A stretch of 25,057 bases of DNA from positions 1 through 25,057 of the forward strand of contig JBKHHG010000006.1 of NCBI GenBank assembly GCA_046539225.1. Direction: 5' to 3'. A program made the translations under genes and the position numbers. The stretch's first letter is position 1; the number at the start of each line of letters is the position of its first letter. The notes under the pieces are model-generated. The model saw only the letters and a list, made by a program, of their open reading frames with translations. It did no database searches and was not told the origin of the DNA. Origin of the DNA: Candidatus Nanohaloarchaea archaeon (GTDB lineage: Archaea; Nanohalarchaeota; Nanosalinia; Nanosalinales; Nanosalinaceae). Below are positions 24,111 to 25,057 of the stretch, piece after piece.

Positions 24111-24224
24111 AAAGGCCTGTTAAACAGCAAAACTTAAAGATTTTACCACTTTACTTCTATTTGATTTTAAATCTTGAGGCCTGCCTCCGGGATTAATTTA
24201 ACCTTCCGCAACCCCTATCTAAAC

Positions 24225-25057
24225 ATGAGGATTGCTGTAACCGGTGGCGCAGGCTTCATAGGCTCGCATCTATCGGAGAAACTGGTTGAAGAACATTCTG
24301 TAAAGATTGTCGACAACTTTTCCTCAGGCCGGGAAGAGTACGTGCCTGAAGCCGCGGAACTGGAAAAAGTAGATATTAAGGACAGGGAGAGAACCGTCGA
24401 GGCCTTGAAAGGCGTTGACTCGGTCTTCCACTTTGCTGCGAATCCCAAGGTCACTACTTTTCCCGATGATAGAGACAGGGACTTTGAGGAAAACCTTGTG
24501 GGAACCCGGTCGGTGCTTGAGGCCTGCGTAGAGAACGGTATAGATGACCTGGTCTTCGCGTCTTCCTCCGTGGTTTACGGCGAAGATGCTTCGATCCCGA
24601 CGCCCGAAGAAGAAAACCTTGATCCTATCTCGATGTATGCTGCCACAAAATGCGGGGGAGAGCATATCTGCCAGGTCTACGCCCGCACGTTCAACATAGA
24701 TCTGACCGTGTTGAGGCTTGCAAACATTGTCGGGGGAAGGAACCGGAAAGGAGTGGCCTACGACTTTGTAAACAAGCTGAGAGAAGACCCGGAAAAACTT
24801 ACAATCCTCGGCAACGGAAAACAGAGGAAAAGCTACCTCCACATCGAAGACACTGTAAACGCGGTTTTAAAGGCCTGGAAATCCTCGAGAACTACTTTCA
24901 ACATAGGAGCGGAAGACTCCCTCGATGTCGACGGTATAGCCGATATAGTAGCAGAGGAGTTAGGCCTTGACCCGGAGTACGAGTACACAGGCGGGGACAG
25001 AGGCTGGAAAGGCGATGTACCGGAGATGAGACTGAGTATTGAAAAACTGAAGGATCA
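24225..25057 (+). CDS. NAD-dependent NDP-sugar epimerase/dehydratase (GalE-like extended SDR); runs off the window end
   Basis: Manual translation from ATG 24225: MRIAVTGGAGFIGSHL...FHFAANP...FASSSVVYG...YAATK...GNGKQRKSYLH...GWKGDV. Absent from the ORF track because there is no stop in the window. Confidence 0.92.
   Translation, partial: MRIAVTGGAGFIGSHLSEKLVEEHSVKIVDNFSSGREEYVPEAAELEKVDIKDRERTVEALKGVDSVFHFAANPKVTTFPDDRDRDFEENLVGTRSVLEACVENGIDDLVFASSSVVYGEDASIPTPEEENLDPISMYAATKCGGEHICQVYARTFNIDLTVLRLANIVGGRNRKGVAYDFVNKLREDPEKLTILGNGKQRKSYLHIEDTVNAVLKAWKSSRTTFNIGAEDSLDVDGIADIVAEELGLDPEYEYTGGDRGWKGDVPEMRLSIEKLKD

Larger units (their letters stand above)
159..24967. repeat. Dispersed highly iterated palindrome AGGCCT (about 130 copies)
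   Basis: Manual count of about 131 exact copies, e.g. 159, 295, 636, 839, 1199, 2371, 2380, 2991, 3009, 6162, 6172, 10322, 10329, 18153, 18167, 18192, 24871, 24962. About 6 are expected at uniform base use. Confidence 0.95.

Noticed and set aside
159..24967. AGGCCT copies as a CRISPR array, REP/MITE family or StuI cloning artefact
   Set aside because: Only 6 bp are shared, the flanks differ, spacing is irregular (7 to about 790 bp), and intact conserved ORFs read straight through the sites.
693..24970. Many alternative ORFs in the track (e.g. 693-1187, 2849-3415, 7167-7559, 18462-18911, 24324-24842, 24650-24970)
   Set aside because: They are antisense or out-of-frame shadows of well-supported genes, lack recognisable motifs and do not have the acidic composition of the real proteins.

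Overview
Core chromosomal segment of a halophilic DPANN archaeon, most likely Nanohaloarchaeota. This is inferred from the Glu/Asp-rich proteins at moderate GC, the compact overlapping genes and the archaeal markers (uL16/L10e, aMBF1, NAC, SAMP, AglB, secF-secD order). It carries a nucleotide-sugar operon (Gfo/Idh/MocA oxidoreductase, degenerate GlmU paralogue, intact GlmU, HAD phosphatase, phosphohexomutase) and a 55-aa histone-fold gene missed by the ORF track. It also holds tRNA-Ser(GCT), a CdpB-like PRC-barrel gene, a minus-strand run aglB-aglH-Zn finger-ogg1-mazG-SAMP-HTH, secFD, nac and transporters. The right end has an RHH-nucleotidyltransferase fusion, a sugar N-formyltransferase, vapBC and a truncated NDP-sugar epimerase. 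The most striking signal is not a gene. The palindrome AGGCCT occurs about 130 times by manual count (roughly one per 190 bp, versus about 6 expected), in all three reading frames and in intergenic DNA, like a HIP1-type highly iterated palindrome in an archaeon. Other leads are two catalytically degenerate nucleotidyltransferases (one fused to a DNA-binding domain with a candidate operator) and a kb-scale patchwork of A+C versus G+T strand skew.
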